From: Lama glama
Lineage: Eukaryota
Length of the DNA stretch: 64,000 nucleotides
Assembly: GCA_028534125.1 (NCBI GenBank)
Contig: CM052818.1
Coordinates: 28,522,001-28,586,000, forward strand
Direction: 5' to 3'
Every line of letters begins with the position of its first letter. The first letter of the stretch is position 1. Under the pieces are notes generated by a model. It was not told the DNA's origin and ran no database searches. It saw only the letters and a program-made list of their open reading frames with translations. Below are positions 35,089-48,019 of this stretch, piece after piece. A program made the translations under genes and the position numbers.

Positions 35089-35527
35089 TGTAGTAGAGGC
35101 CATGTGGTCCTGCATCCCCATCCTCAGCCCCTTTCAAGGCTGTAGTAGTCATCCCTTCAGCTAATGGAGTACGACTTGTCCAGGGCTCTTGGCAGAGTGT
35201 CTCTCTAGGACCCTGGGCTTTGCCTCATATTACACGCCTTCCAGGAACAGTCTGCATACAGTGACTTACCAACATTGAGGCATAAAGGCCAAGCCGCCTT
35301 GCCTGAATTCAGGACAACTCTGACAAGTCATACTAGCTATGACCTCCCCATAAAACTGGCTGAGGCCTTTGATGTGACTGCATCACGTTCAACTTCTCTG
35401 GATAATCCTGCTTCCTTCCCACTCTCCTGCTCCCACAGATATGATTCTAAGAACACATCCCCAGTAAACTTCCTGCATGCAAATCTCTGTCTTAGAGTCT
35501 GCTTCCTGGGAAAATTGACCTGTTACA
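35089..35527 (+). mobile_element. LTR16-family ERVL solo LTR
   Basis: TG...CA ends; CAGGACAACTCTGA, CTGGCTGAGGCCTTTG, AGTAAACTTCCTGCATGCAAATCTCTGTCTTAGAGTCTGCTTCCTGGGAA. Confidence 0.85.
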
Positions 35528-35529
35528 TC

Positions 35530-36120
35530 TAGTTCAAGGAGGTCAAGGAAGATTTGTTTGATGTGTTATAATTTGAAACTTATCTCTCAATTTTATTAAG
35601 AGTTTCTCTACTGAAAAAAAAAAGTAAAAAGAGTGCATCACATGCAAAAGGAACGATGCAGGAAAGAGCAGAGATATGAAAGAACATGCCTTATTCAGCT
35701 AACTTGTGCAATTTTGTTAGACTACTAGAGCGGCAATTCATGGCATAGCAGGGGAAGGTATGGCCCAGATTATAAGCAGCCTTGGTTGTCTATCTGAGAA
35801 ATTTTGGATTTTCATCCATAGGTAATACAGAATAATTTGTAGACTACAGATTGTATGTACAGGATGATATATGAGTTGCTCCTAAAAGTAGTATAGAAGG
35901 TGGATTAGAAGGGACTTAAGAGACAAAAGTGGAAGGGGAACTAAATGGAAGGTAGTTATAACTTTGGAAGCAAAGGTTTTCAAGGGTTAAACTGAAGCAG
36001 AGATGGTGAATAGGGAAGGGATATAGGCAATGCAATGGACACGGAAACAACTTTATCAGGTAAATGGATATCAGAAATAAAGATGAAGGAGAGATATAGA
36101 TTCCTTGCTTGGGTCCATGA
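35530..36120 (-). mobile_element. L2 fragment
   Basis: GGCCCAGATTATAAGCAGCCTTGG..GAAATTTTGGATTTTCATCCATAGGTAAT. Confidence 0.6.
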
Positions 36121-36879
36121 AAGCAGCTGTGGTTGTAAATGGCAGGCAGAGCAAGAGGAGGGTTGGGGGTGGGATATGATGCGAGTGTGGCATTAGGGGA
36201 AAATAGAGTCTAAGAAGAGGCTGCTGAGTGCCCTGCTGAAGATACCTCCTTCAGTGGCTGACACTCTGCACTGCACAAAGTGAGTTAGAAGCTGCTATCA
36301 TACCACGAGTAGTATTAAGTTTTATAATGGGGAGGAAAAGACTTACCCCTCAACATAACTTCATGCAGGAATCAATACGACATGACCTCCTGTGATGAGG
36401 TCAAAAGTCAGCTGGACCCTTTACCAAAGAGAAACGACATGTAGCACCCGAGTGAAGCAGCAATAGGCACCACTGAAAATGCTCTGTAGCAGGATGATGG
36501 AGAAGTTATAACTTGCTTATTTTCTCTGGCAGCAGGGATCCTGGAAGCAGTTATCTGCTACAATACTTTCCTTTTGCGGGACACCAGAGCAGACTACATG
36601 CTGTAATCGTGTAGGCACATGTCTTGACAATGGAGCAGACAAGCCTGTCAGACTTGACTAGACAGTGAGGGTGTTAACCCTGGCTTGCTTCCTGCCAGTA
36701 ATAAGAAGTCATGCTGGCACTCCGTGAAGCTCATTTTAAGTATTCCATATCAACAAGAATCACACCTACTGGTGCAATACTGAATATCTTAATTGAATGT
36801 TCTGTATACCTAATAATTTTCTCATGTGACTGAATTACAGAGAAATAAAATAATTATTCAAAGGACAAGTTTGAATTTT

Positions 36880-37280
36880 GAGAGTTCATGGATCACTTGT
36901 ATCAGATCACAGAGCACATGTGAAAAAAATGCAGATTTCAGGATTCCAGTTTACCTACTGAATTAGAATCTAAAGTAGGGTTTCTCAGTGTTGGCCCTAT
37001 TTACGTTTGGGGCTGGAAAATTCCCTTGTGGGGATGGTCCTATGTTTTATAGGATGTTTAACTGCATCCCTGGTCTTCCTAACCCTAACCTACTGGATGC
37101 CAGGAGGATGTGCACACAGACATATATACAGCATGTGTGTGCATACACTGTTGGCACAATTAAAAATGTCTCTAGACACTGCCAAATGTTCCTTCTGGGG
37201 CAAAACCACCCCTGCTGGATAACTACTGATCTGTAGGGATGGGCCTGGAATCTGCTTTTCTCCTTCATACGTGATGAAGT
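36880..37280. mobile_element. MER5A/B hAT-Charlie element split by MER20
   Basis: AAAATGCAGATTTCAGG..CCTACTGAATTAGAATCT, then GGGATGGGCCTGGAATCTGCTTTT after the insertion. Confidence 0.75.
36976..37228. mobile_element. MER20 hAT-Charlie element
   Basis: TAGGATGTTTAACTGCATCCCTGGTCT..CTGGATGCCAG..AAAAATGTCTCTAGACACTGCCAAATGT..GGGGCAAAACCACCCC; 8-bp TSD ATCTAAAG/ATCTGTAG. Confidence 0.9.
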
Positions 37281-38234
37281 GTGGAGTTCTGTGACTTATG
37301 TCATTAGCAGGGACATCATCCCAGCACATGGAGGACTACTTTCTCTAGTTGTTTGCTACTTTCTACCCAACAAATTAATACATGGGAAGAGAAAACATAG
37401 GAAGGAAAGTATGAGTATGTGTATTGGAGCAGGATCGGGGGGTCCTCTCCCCTCTTCCTTGTATATGTTTATCTGTTTGTATAAGCCCTGACTGGTACCC
37501 AGTGTCAGCTGATGACCTGGTATAGAAGTGATTAAGGAGAGGGCAAGACACTACCCACTTGTACACTGAGAAAAAGAATGAATGAATACATTTTGCACCC
37601 AAATTGTGTACAAAAACTGATAGGCACTGAGAATTCCGAAATGAATGAAGTACCTCTCTTAGTCACCACAGTTTACACACTAATGGGGAAAGACAATTGT
37701 TAACATGCAATGTAGAACCTTGCTCGTGCCTATTAAAGCAATCTGACTAAAAGATGTTGGATCCAGTAAATACATAAAGTTACTGCCCGCCACTCTCCCT
37801 GCCCCAACCAGGCCACTGCTTCTCAATTCTCATCTAAGATGGGCTTTTTAATTTGTCATTTTTCATTCCTTAGTAAGCAAGTTTACCTTCCCTGGGCACA
37901 ATCAAGTACGAAAAGCCTCGGTAACTGTCCCACTTAGAAGAAAGAGAAGAACGGATACGGCCTAGAGAAGGCTGTGCCTGGGATTAAAGGACCAGACACT
38001 GGAACAATGTTTATGTTTATCTGTCATCTGTTTTGGGCTTTGGTCAGCTGTCAAAATAATTGAAGCTGATTTACGGATTTTTATTTGTCTTGAGTTTATT
38101 GAGTGCCTAAAACACTTATAAACCATTGATGAGAAATTATCACCATGCATAGTTTTGTTAATGATCTCCAAAAGCATGTGTGTATAGCTTATCAATAAAA
38201 ATAAATTTCATTAAGAATTTATTTTGTTTATATG

Positions 38235-39420
38235 CAACCAATCAACAGTTTATTGAGTGCCTAACGTGGCTTGGAGTAGTTATTGTGGCAGATGCAAGAA
38301 GAGATAAGAAATAATACCTATAAACAGCACTTTATAAATTAGTTGGGAAGATAGGAAATACATGTGTATAAAGGATAATTAAATTTATAACACAGTATAT
38401 GCAAAAGGCCAAATGGTCTAGTACTAAATAACAGAGCCGAGATAAATTTTCACTCTGGATAGTCAGTGACGACTTACACAGAACATGGGAAATAAAACAA
38501 AATGCAAAGTATCCATGGAGCTCCTATTATGTGGTAGGAAGAAGATGAGAAATCATCCAGTGGGGAGACAACATGGATAAAGTCTTAAAACCAAGATTAG
38601 ACAAAATAGCTACCTAGGACAGAACAGTTGAGCTGAGATGTAAGCTGAAGTGAGTAAGTGTCAGAAAGGGACACTACAAGCAGACTTGCCTGTCAAGCTT
38701 TTGACTTATGGGGAGATATTGACAGTTTTTGGTCATGGTTGCAGACTGCTGATATCTATGTTTAAAAAATAAATTTGACAGCAGTGAAAATAGAGCACCT
38801 GATGGTGGCAATGTAAATAAAAATAAACTAACAAAAATAACTGTAATTTTAAAATGAAATTTACAGATCTTATAAGCCAATTAAATAGGTTAAAAAATGG
38901 GAAGGATGATGAATATAGGTTGAAACTTGAGTTTGAAAACTGAGAGATTAAGGGTATTCCCAGTAGAAATAAAGGGAGACCATCATGGTGAGTAAAATAA
39001 ATTTGAGGTTGAAATGAGATATTCAGTTTTTAAAATACTGAAATATCAATTATGGTATGTAAGATGATATTATTCAGAGGCTCTTATGGTGAACTGGGCT
39101 TCAGATAGAATTCAAAACGAAATATATGATTTAGAAAGTCATTCATATTAGATGACTGGTAAAACCATAAAAATACACAATCAGAAGATGAGATCAGAAA
39201 AGGGATAACAAAGATAGAACTCTGGGGCACTGCTGCAGTTGAAAGCACAAGAAAAGCATGAGGAAAAAATACAATAAACTGGTAAAGAATCAGAGAGAGG
39301 AAGAGAACTAGACAATGCAGGGTTACAGAATTTAAAGGAAGGGAGAACTTCAAGATACAGGAAATGGCCAAGTTATCAAGTACTACATAGAGGTTAGGAA
39401 GATATTTTAGAAAGCTCAAG
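38235..39420 (-). mobile_element. L2 LINE fragment
   Basis: CAATCAACAGTTTATTGAGTGCCTA tail; GATAGAACTCTGGGGCACTGC; AGGAAATGGCCAAGTTATCAAGTACTACATAGAGGTTAGGAAGAT. Confidence 0.65.
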
Positions 39421-40009
39421 TATCTCTTTCTCCTATAAAGTGCTGTGGAAATGTCTCATATACTTGCTGACCTACTCTAAGAACTGAGGGTTTTAAAAAG
39501 AAGAAGGAAGGAGATACCGGCTACAAGTGATAAAGATACTTGTGCTAAGCACGCCAGAGCCAGACAGACTGTAGCAGAAACCAGAAGGAACCAAGAAAAA
39601 GATTACTGTTTCTTTTATGAAATGGTTTTTAGTCTACTACTGTCTCCTTAAAAATAAAAATCAACAAATAAATGTCCATTTAAATTGATCTTCTGTTGGA
39701 CTATGTTATTGTTCTGACATATAAATTAGTATTTCTTAGACTTAACTATCCCTCTGGGATAAGACTAAGAAACAACAATAATATTTTATGGAGAATGTCA
39801 AATAGCCAGCCTTTACAGCAATTCTCTTCTCTCTCTCTCTCTCTCTTTTTTTTTTTTTTTGTAAAATGGATGATAGAGATTGTTATAATCAGAAAGATAC
39901 TACTACTACTTTGGAACTGTAATGAAGCAAATGTCTTCAGTCACATGTCATTGAAATTTAAGGACTACTATCTTTTATAGAACAATTTCAAATGGAAGTT
40001 CCTTCTACT

Positions 40010-40210
40010 CACTGCCCTAAATCTGTCCCTTATTAGCAGTGACCTTGAGAAACTCACTTCATCTTTTTAAGCCACTTTCCTCCTCTGTGAAATGGAAACG
40101 TTAATATCCACCCTTGTTACTCCAACAGTGTCAGAAGGATCAAATGAGATGATAAAGGTAAAAATGTCTGGTTAACGATGAAATGCCATATGCGTGTCGC
40201 TATTACGAAT
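40010..40210 (+). mobile_element. MIR SINE
   Basis: TTAGCAGTGACCTTGAGAAACTCACTTCATCTTTTTAAGCCACTTTCCTCCTCTGTGAAATGG..GGATCAAATGAGATGAT. Confidence 0.8.
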
Positions 40211-41399
40211 CCTTTCTAGACCATAAATATCAAGGAGGCAGAGAGCAGACCTATGTTGTTCCTATGGAACTACAGTACTTACATAGTACCTGACATGAAG
40301 TAAGAAATGAATAAATAATTGTTGAATTTAATTACTCCTTGAGATTAATCATGGAAATGTTTATGTATAAAAATATCAATAAAATAGATACTAAACTCTC
40401 AAACAGAAAATTATAAAAACAAAGGCAGGCGCAGCTCTCATAAGAATGCTAATCCTTTCCTGTGCACTGTGTGTTTCCTGTTCACTGTGTGAACCAGCTT
40501 AGATCTGTCCTGTAGGCTGAAAGCTTTCCAAGCAAAGAGATGGTACAATTTCCACCGTGTTTTTTATTTCATGTCTAACAGCTTTTCTAGCCATATATCA
40601 GACTAGAGATTGTTTATTAGTAAACCTGGAAAAATATAGCTAGGGGAAATGATAACACCCACAGAATACAGTTCAAAAAAATCAACACAAGACAGGAAAT
40701 AAGGGACAGAAAATAGACTAAATGTGAAAACAGGAAGGACATACCAAACAATGTGGAAGCAAAGAACAGTAAAATAAACTGTTGCATCAAAATGTCTATT
40801 TTCACTGGAATTTATGAATATACTTTATTAAGATTCTAGAAGTATGTCTGAATAAATGTGATCCCAGAATAAAAACAATACTCTGTATTATTAATTATTT
40901 CACTACAGCTCTTAATGTACTAACATTTACAAGTGGGTGGTGGGCGTGGGTAACAACCAGCTCCTGCAAGGGAGAAGGGAAAGTCCAGCTAGTAAAGGGA
41001 ACATACAAAACACAGCAAGATAATGGAAGACTTCCTTCCCCTCTCCACTCCCAAACTTCCTCAAACAAATCTCTTACTGATGCCACTTTCAGTGGTTTAT
41101 ATCTGAATATTGTTCTTAGGCACCAAATAATGCCTGCTTTGACATTCATTAATACTTTATTACCTGATAATAGATTTTTATTTCACCCTAACTCTCCCTC
41201 AAATATTGGCATTTTAAGTGAACATGCAAATTAAAAACAAATGGTGGCATGAAGGACAGCTGAACTAATGGGAACAGGATATAGCTAAAGAACTGGGCCG
41301 TAGGATGCTTCCTACCCAACATAAACCTTAACTGGCTTTATTCTCTTTGCTTCTATCAGCCAATGTTCTCTCAAAAGGATACCAAAGGATGCCTAAGGT

Positions 41400-41928
41400 A
41401 TCATTCACACCCTCCAAGTATAAGGACCCAGCAGTAGAATAGGCCCCAAACTGGGTATGGGCCAATCAGTGAGTCGGGTCACTAAAGCCAAATCTAAAAT
41501 ACGCTGAGACAAGTACAAGTCCACAGAGGAGTCTTGATAAAAATAACCAGGACATGTATGTGAGTTGCCCAAAAATGTTTACTTCAGAGACCCTTCCAAG
41601 ACCAGAAGACCTTCCCCCAGGGCATCATAACCACTTACAGCTTGGCATTTTATCTAAAACATAAATAAGAGACTCAGAGAGCTATCCTCATGATTGCTGA
41701 AACTCTGCCAACTCCCTGGGCCAAGGCTAGTTCCATATTCCAGTCTCACACTGAAAAAGAGGGACCTGGAACACCTCTGTCTGCAGCAACCGTCAGCTAA
41801 GACAGAAGGGAACAGTGGGCCTGCAGGGAAGTCTATCTCCATTTTAATTCCTAAAGAGAACTATTTATTTCCTTCTCTCAGATGGCTGGAGGGAGTGAAC
41901 TGAGAAGCCTCTGGGCTCACATTCACAC
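41400..41928 (-). mobile_element. Possible ancient Gypsy-like LTR (LTR81/85/88 or MamGypLTR group)
   Basis: AAGGACCCAGCAGTAGAATAGGCCCCAAACTGGG..GCTGAGACAAG..AGAGGAGTCTTG resembles remembered consensus; weak. Confidence 0.35.
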
Positions 41929-43949
41929 TGCTTTCCTTAGGCCAAGCAACTGACTGCTCTTGGAAAACAACTGAACAAAACCAAAGGTAAAGCGTTGTTT
42001 ACAACTGCATTAAATGCATCATCAGCTTCCATCCTCTCAAACTACAGAGATGAAATACAGGAGCTTTTTTTTTCTTTTCCCCTAACAGCATTCTGGACTA
42101 TAAATAGTTTAATAAAAGGTCATGTTTTATTGCTCCCTTCTTTCATATGGATTTGAAGCATATGGCATTTGGGGGGGTGGGGAGAGGAGCAGGAGAACAA
42201 TATGTTGAACTGATGATTCTTTGAAGTGCTATAAAATATTTTATTAAGTAATAGTACACTGTTATTACATGCACCAGAGACCATTTCAAAATTAAACACA
42301 CATTTTAAATCAAGGTCAGGGTGAAGTAAGGGAGGTATTGGTATACCTAAATAAACTCACCGGTCAGAGATCACAAAACACAGTATAAAAATCTCTCTCC
42401 TGCACATTGGGCATTAGCATTCAATCCTAAACTCAAGGAACATGCTTGTCCTGGTTCATAAGAGATTCAAAAACCTCCAGTTTTCTACTCTTGCTTTCAC
42501 TGTGGACACTTTGGGTAACAAAACTACACATTTATAATACATATTCTCTCCGGCAGTTCTTTTTCTCACAGATTTATCTCTGTTTTATTGATTTGTAATA
42601 TTTTGAATTCTCTCTCAATTCCAGGAAAATTACTCCTTTTTTTTTTGTTTCTCACAAATTTCCTTTTTCCTCTCTGTTATTCCTAAACCTTCCTCTGCAG
42701 CTTGCTTCAAGAAATTTTTATAATGCGAAGAGTTGCAAGACTGCCTTTCTTCCCATGATATGAGAGCACTAAGAAAAAAAAACAAACAGTATTATTTGTG
42801 TCCACTTCTGAGATTGGGCAGTGGGAAAAAGGGAGAAAGGGAGAGGGACAAAGGAGGATATTCCCAAGCAAGCAATCCCACCCACTTACTCTGTTGTCCA
42901 GTCATGAGTTGCATATCAAACACAGTTAGGCCAAGCTAGACACGCAACCTCTAAGGAAGATATGGATTCTTCTGGAAATGTGTACTAATGATTTGTTGTC
43001 TGACATTTTCAACTTTTCTCACAGAACTGGGTTTACATCACTGACCTGATATGAAGCTGTAGGGCAACATCCTGTCTTTCAGAACATAGTGAAATAATGA
43101 TGCCCAATATGTAGCAGTTTAAAAAGTTCTAGCAAGCCGGAAAGGCTGAAGGTGCTGCCCCTATCGACATACCAGGCCAAGATGGAAAAAAATGTCAATG
43201 TGCTTCAGATTGCTCCATCTCTAAGACATAATGTGTTACATCTTAATCAATATTAGAAAACAAGGACCTTCTTTATGAACACGAGTGAGGGGGTGTGTGG
43301 TGGTAGGAAAGAGGAAGGAGGACAATGGTGAGAGAAAATGTACTGACTGTAATCAGTGGGATCCATTTACTTAATATTAATTTTTCCCATTCATTCTTCT
43401 GAAGCAATTGAACTAGCAAGCCTTCAGAAAAGACGAGCTAGAAAATAGCTTCTGGGTTTAGTCACTTTTAAATAATTAGAAATTTCTGGGGGACTATGCT
43501 GAAGACTGAGGGACAGAACCTAACTCTGAAGTTTGAAAGCCTTAAAATTTATCTTCTATAACAATTCTAATTGAATTCAAAGTGCACTTATTGATTTTAT
43601 TCATGTACTTGATACGATGAGTAGGACATATATGATTAAATCAGATTTCCCTCTCTCCAAAACTTACCAACATGGGTAAAATTCAAGTGGTTATCAGGTA
43701 AATGTCTTAAGTGAAGCCCAATAAAGTGTTAGGTAATTCCAAGGAGTGAGACATTACATCAAATCAAAAAAAGCAAAAGAGTTTTCCCAGAACAAATGGT
43801 GACAGAAATAGATTTTGTAAAGGGATAAAATTTCATTCTGTAGGTTCTGGGAGTGATGAGGGAAGAATCTCTGGCACTATTCTGAGAGTAGAATAAATTC
43901 TCACAAAATGCATGCCAAATGAGTTAATCCACTTTAGACAAATGCAAGA

Positions 43950-44320
43950 TAATAGAGCTGGTAAAGGGTACAAACTTTTACTTACAAGATTTTTGAAGTC
44001 TGAAGATCTAATGAAAAACGTGACGACTATACTTGATAACTGCATTGTGTAATTGAAAATTGCTGAATTGCTGAGAGTAGAACTTACTTAAATATTTTCA
44101 CACACAAACAAACAAATAAAAAACCTAGGTAAAATGAATAAAATCTTTCAAAGACAGAAGTTACCAAAACTGAAATAGAAAACCTGAGTAATCATATAAC
44201 AAAGAAATTAGAATTGTGATTTAAAACCTTCTACAATGAAAAATTCAGTCCTGCAAAGGTTCACTGCTGAATTCAATCCAAAATTTAAGGAAACTCTTTC
44301 AAAAAACAGAGAATGGGGCA
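43950..44320 (+). mobile_element. L1MA9-like 3' end next to an L1 ORF2 fragment
   Basis: AAGGGTACAAACTTTTA..AGTCTGAAGATCTAATG..GTGACGACTATACTTGATAAC; then GAAATAGAAAACCTGAGTA..GGTTCACTGCTGAATTC..AAATTTAAGGAA. Confidence 0.75.
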
Positions 44321-45044
44321 ATGAGGTCAGCACTGGTGGCAACACAATATGGAGGAAAATAAAGCACTAGAAATTGTTAAGTAGAATGGCTGGTTGTGGG
44401 GTTAGGGGAGAAACAAGCTGACTCTAAGACTATGGAAGGATAGAAGGTATAAAAGTCCTGTTGAGGATAAAGGAAAGGAAAGTGATGGAGTGTGAGATAA
44501 AATCATGGTGGTCAGAAAGAGTAATTTCAAATGTTAAGATCTTAGAGCTCTTCTCAAGGATAATAAAGTGCAAATTCTGATTACTGATGTGATGTATATG
44601 AATGTCAGGGTAATTTTGAAGTTATCTAAAATAACAATGTAACAAAATGAGAAGGAAAATAAGGAGGTCAGTACTAAAGTGTTTATGGAATACAGATGAC
44701 TATCCTTAGGCTTGTCTAAAGACAAGAACAAAGCTGGAAAGAATACTCTGTTTCTAGGTTTTACCTGTCATTTGTGAAGTATTTACCAGCCAGTGTTTTA
44801 GTCCCAAAACTTGATTATGATACTTTATCCTTACCATGGATTGTTAAGTAGGTATTCATAAGTAGGTATTCACAATCATATTGAGACCCAAGATTAATAT
44901 ATTATCCAAATCTCCCATCTGCACAGTGATGGGCAGAACATAAACACATGTCCATGCCTTAAAAGCCCATATTCTTTCTTCTAAATCATCAGCTCTTCAC
45001 ACACAAAAAATCTGAAACCATGGTAGGACAATTAGAGAAGTATG

Positions 45045-45275
45045 GTAATGATTATTGAGCTATTACTATGTGCCATGGGCAGTGCTAAATATTTTATGTA
45101 TATCATTTTATGTGAAATTCATTCACAAGAACCCAAAGAAGCCAGTATCATGTATTTTCATTTTAGAGAAGAAAGGAATTTAAACTTAAAGAAGCTTTTG
45201 AAATGTTCAGGTAGCTAACAGTAAGCTAGGATTCATTTTAAGGTTTGTCTGACTCTAAAAGCAACTATGCTAACA
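45045..45275 (-). mobile_element. MIR SINE
   Basis: TTATTGAGCTATTACTATGTGCCATGGGCAGTGCTAAATATTTTATG..TTCATTTTAGAGAAGA..GGTTTGTCTGACTCTAAA. Confidence 0.8.
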
Positions 45276-48019
45276 CTCCTTTTTAGATTGTGCCTAAGTT
45301 TCATTAAACAATGTATTATTGAGCAAAGGAGAACCTATTTACATGGAGAAAGAAGCAGAAATTAAGAATAATGCTTACCCTTTGAATTGATGTTATAGAG
45401 AATTCAGGTTTTAATTAAAGCAAGAACAAGAAGATAGAGACAAAGGAAAGGTTAGTGAGAGAAATAAGGGAACAAGGTTGGACACAGAAATACTATCACA
45501 GAGTTGTGGAAAGCACAAAGAAACATTGCATAGGAGAACTGTTTGGAAAGCCTTAGCAGGCAATTGCATTCAGATGGAGGCAGAGTACTTCCCTGAAAGG
45601 CTGATGATACTTTCAAGAGAAGAATGGCATGTAAGACTGTCAGATGCCTTGAATTCTATGAGACAATTAGGAATGCATCACTGTTCCTAGGGTACAGCCT
45701 TCCCTTTGAAAGTTGAGGAATGTTCTGATATTCATACAAGTCATTTTTATCATTGTCTTCTATCCATCACATATTAACAGAGGCTGAAACAACGTAACAA
45801 AGAATAACTGGTCCACTGGCTGTGCTGATGTGAATGAATGGAAACATTCCTAATGAAGAAGACAGGAATAAAAGGAGAAGGGGAGTAAAGACAGCCCAGT
45901 GAAGCCATCACTTTGTTCTTGCTGCCATGAGATGTGTTAAACTGAACTTCTGTTTTTTACAGAAGCAGAACTATGGGTTTCTATCCAGTATAAAGGTCAC
46001 ACAATAATGTGCAGTGATCAAACTGTAAAATTATGACACAAAACATTTATTTCTACTGCTTTAGGTTAAGTGTAATTATTTATCTATCAACCTATAAACA
46101 CAATATATAAAGTTCCTTAGTCCATCTAATTTTACTTTTTGGTTGTAGCTACAGAAAATCAAATATTTTAAGGTATTGTACAAATTATTACCATTTTTAT
46201 TCACATTAAACTGAAGAACTGATCCAATGCATTAAAAAATTAAATAATTTAATTTAGTTAGAAAGTTAATTCTGTGTAACTTTTATAATATTCAAAATAT
46301 CTGCAAATAAAAAATTCCTAGGATTGATAGCAACTGAAGATATAATGTTGACAAATGTGATGATAATAACCTATTAGTGAACATGAATCTTTAATAATCC
46401 ATTAATGAGTAGTCACCAACTTACTAGATTATTTAAGTCACTATAGAATGGTAAAAGGAAATATGAGCCAAATAATGTGAGCTAGAATTTTGAGTAATTT
46501 CATTAAAAGACTATTTTAATGAACACTAATCTATGAACACTAAATGAACACTAAAGAAGGCAAACCTCTTTTAACATGCAAAGATTTGTACCTTAGAGAT
46601 AAAGTTCCTCCAGTTTTCCAGTCCAGCAACACACAAAATTAACAGGAGGAAGCTGAAAGACATTTTCCCATCTTATAGGCTCAAGGCCATCATTTAAGGG
46701 GCTCTGGATCTCACTATCCAGTGTCACTTGTTCAGGCCAAAATTTACAGGCAGGGTCAGCAGATACATGAATCCCTCCATCCCTGGACATACTTTAAAGA
46801 GGTCTCCTAAAGCCAGGGCATATCCGGATACTTTGTGGGTCTAAGCTCCCAGAGTGGAGCTCAGGCCCTGATATTCTCCATTTTTATAGAGCATTAGTGA
46901 CAGCAAGCTTTTAACTGGAAGATAAATAATCTGAATTTCCATGCCTAACAGGTTCCTTCAGTTTAGGAAACTGCTGGAAATGCTAACTGCCCAGAGGCTG
47001 CAGAAAAAAAAATCAATGTAACATTTAAAGATCTCTCCCTAGCTGGCCTCCTCGTAACTTTCACACTTTTTTCCTTTCAGAAGCCTTCAGGTAAGCTCGC
47101 AGTTTTGTCAGCAAACCTTAGTGCACAGGCTCTTATTTTCTCACCTCTTCTTCTGCAATCTCCTTCTCATCCCCTCTGAAATGTCTTCACCTTCTCTTTC
47201 GTAAGCCGTGACCCTGCCTCTTCTTAAAGCCCTTCTTTAAAGCTTTATCAAATTAACCACAGCTCCTCTAACTTGTAAAGTGTGGACCTTGGAAAGGTCT
47301 TTAAGGGTAAATGTCATCTGGTTAGTTCTTGCCCTTATAGAGTCATTTGTGTGACTCTCTTGAGGATCTCCAGGAAGCTGTTTCAGGATGGCAGAAGAAA
47401 GAACTTGAAAGAGATTCTGAGCTGATGGATTGACAGCTGCTGAAACACATGTCCACAGTTATACTTTTATAAAGTCTGCAGAACTAGTCTAAAATTATTA
47501 ATAAAGAAAAAAAAGACAAATTCCAAATATTTCATTTTCCAAGTATTATATCAAGCTAAGAATTACTGTGAAGAATGCTAACAGCAGCACTATTATCTCT
47601 CAAAGATGACAGCTCTACAACTCACAATTGTCTGAGGTGGGTTAATTCATCTGGCGTGCATCATGTTAGCATTATTCTGCTCCAGCACAGTAGTTGCAGA
47701 ACATGAAAGCTGGAAGAGACCTCAAGAATCATCTCGCACCCCCTGCCCCTATTATTTTTCTATAAAAATCTCTGTGGGAGTGTGACAAGTAAAATATTTG
47801 TGTAACTTCTCACTTACTGCCATGGAATAGGTGAAAATAATAAATGTGCTGATACTTACACAGCGCCTACATCACAGCCCACAGGCATTTTAAAAGTGTA
47901 GGGGCCAGTTGAAGTTGAAGATTTCAAAAAGGCAATAAAAAGACGTCAAGCACAACCTTTGCTTAACCCAGTTCATTCTCCTCAGGAGAAATGGCACTGG
48001 ATTAAGGGGGCAGAAGGCC

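Noticed and set aside
36158..36174. G-rich GGGTTGGGGGTGGG as a G-quadruplex
   Set aside because: Only three runs of three or more G
36341..36485. Minus-strand exon ending at GGG/GTAAGT
   Set aside because: All three frames contain stops and the acceptor is mediocre; nothing supports coding
44845..44872. TAAGTAGGTATTCA x2
   Set aside because: Ordinary 14-bp tandem duplication; no spacers, so not CRISPR-like
47850..47900. TACTTACACAGCGCCT..GCATTTTA resembling an AmnSINE/ancient SINE tail
   Set aside because: Match too short to support by eye
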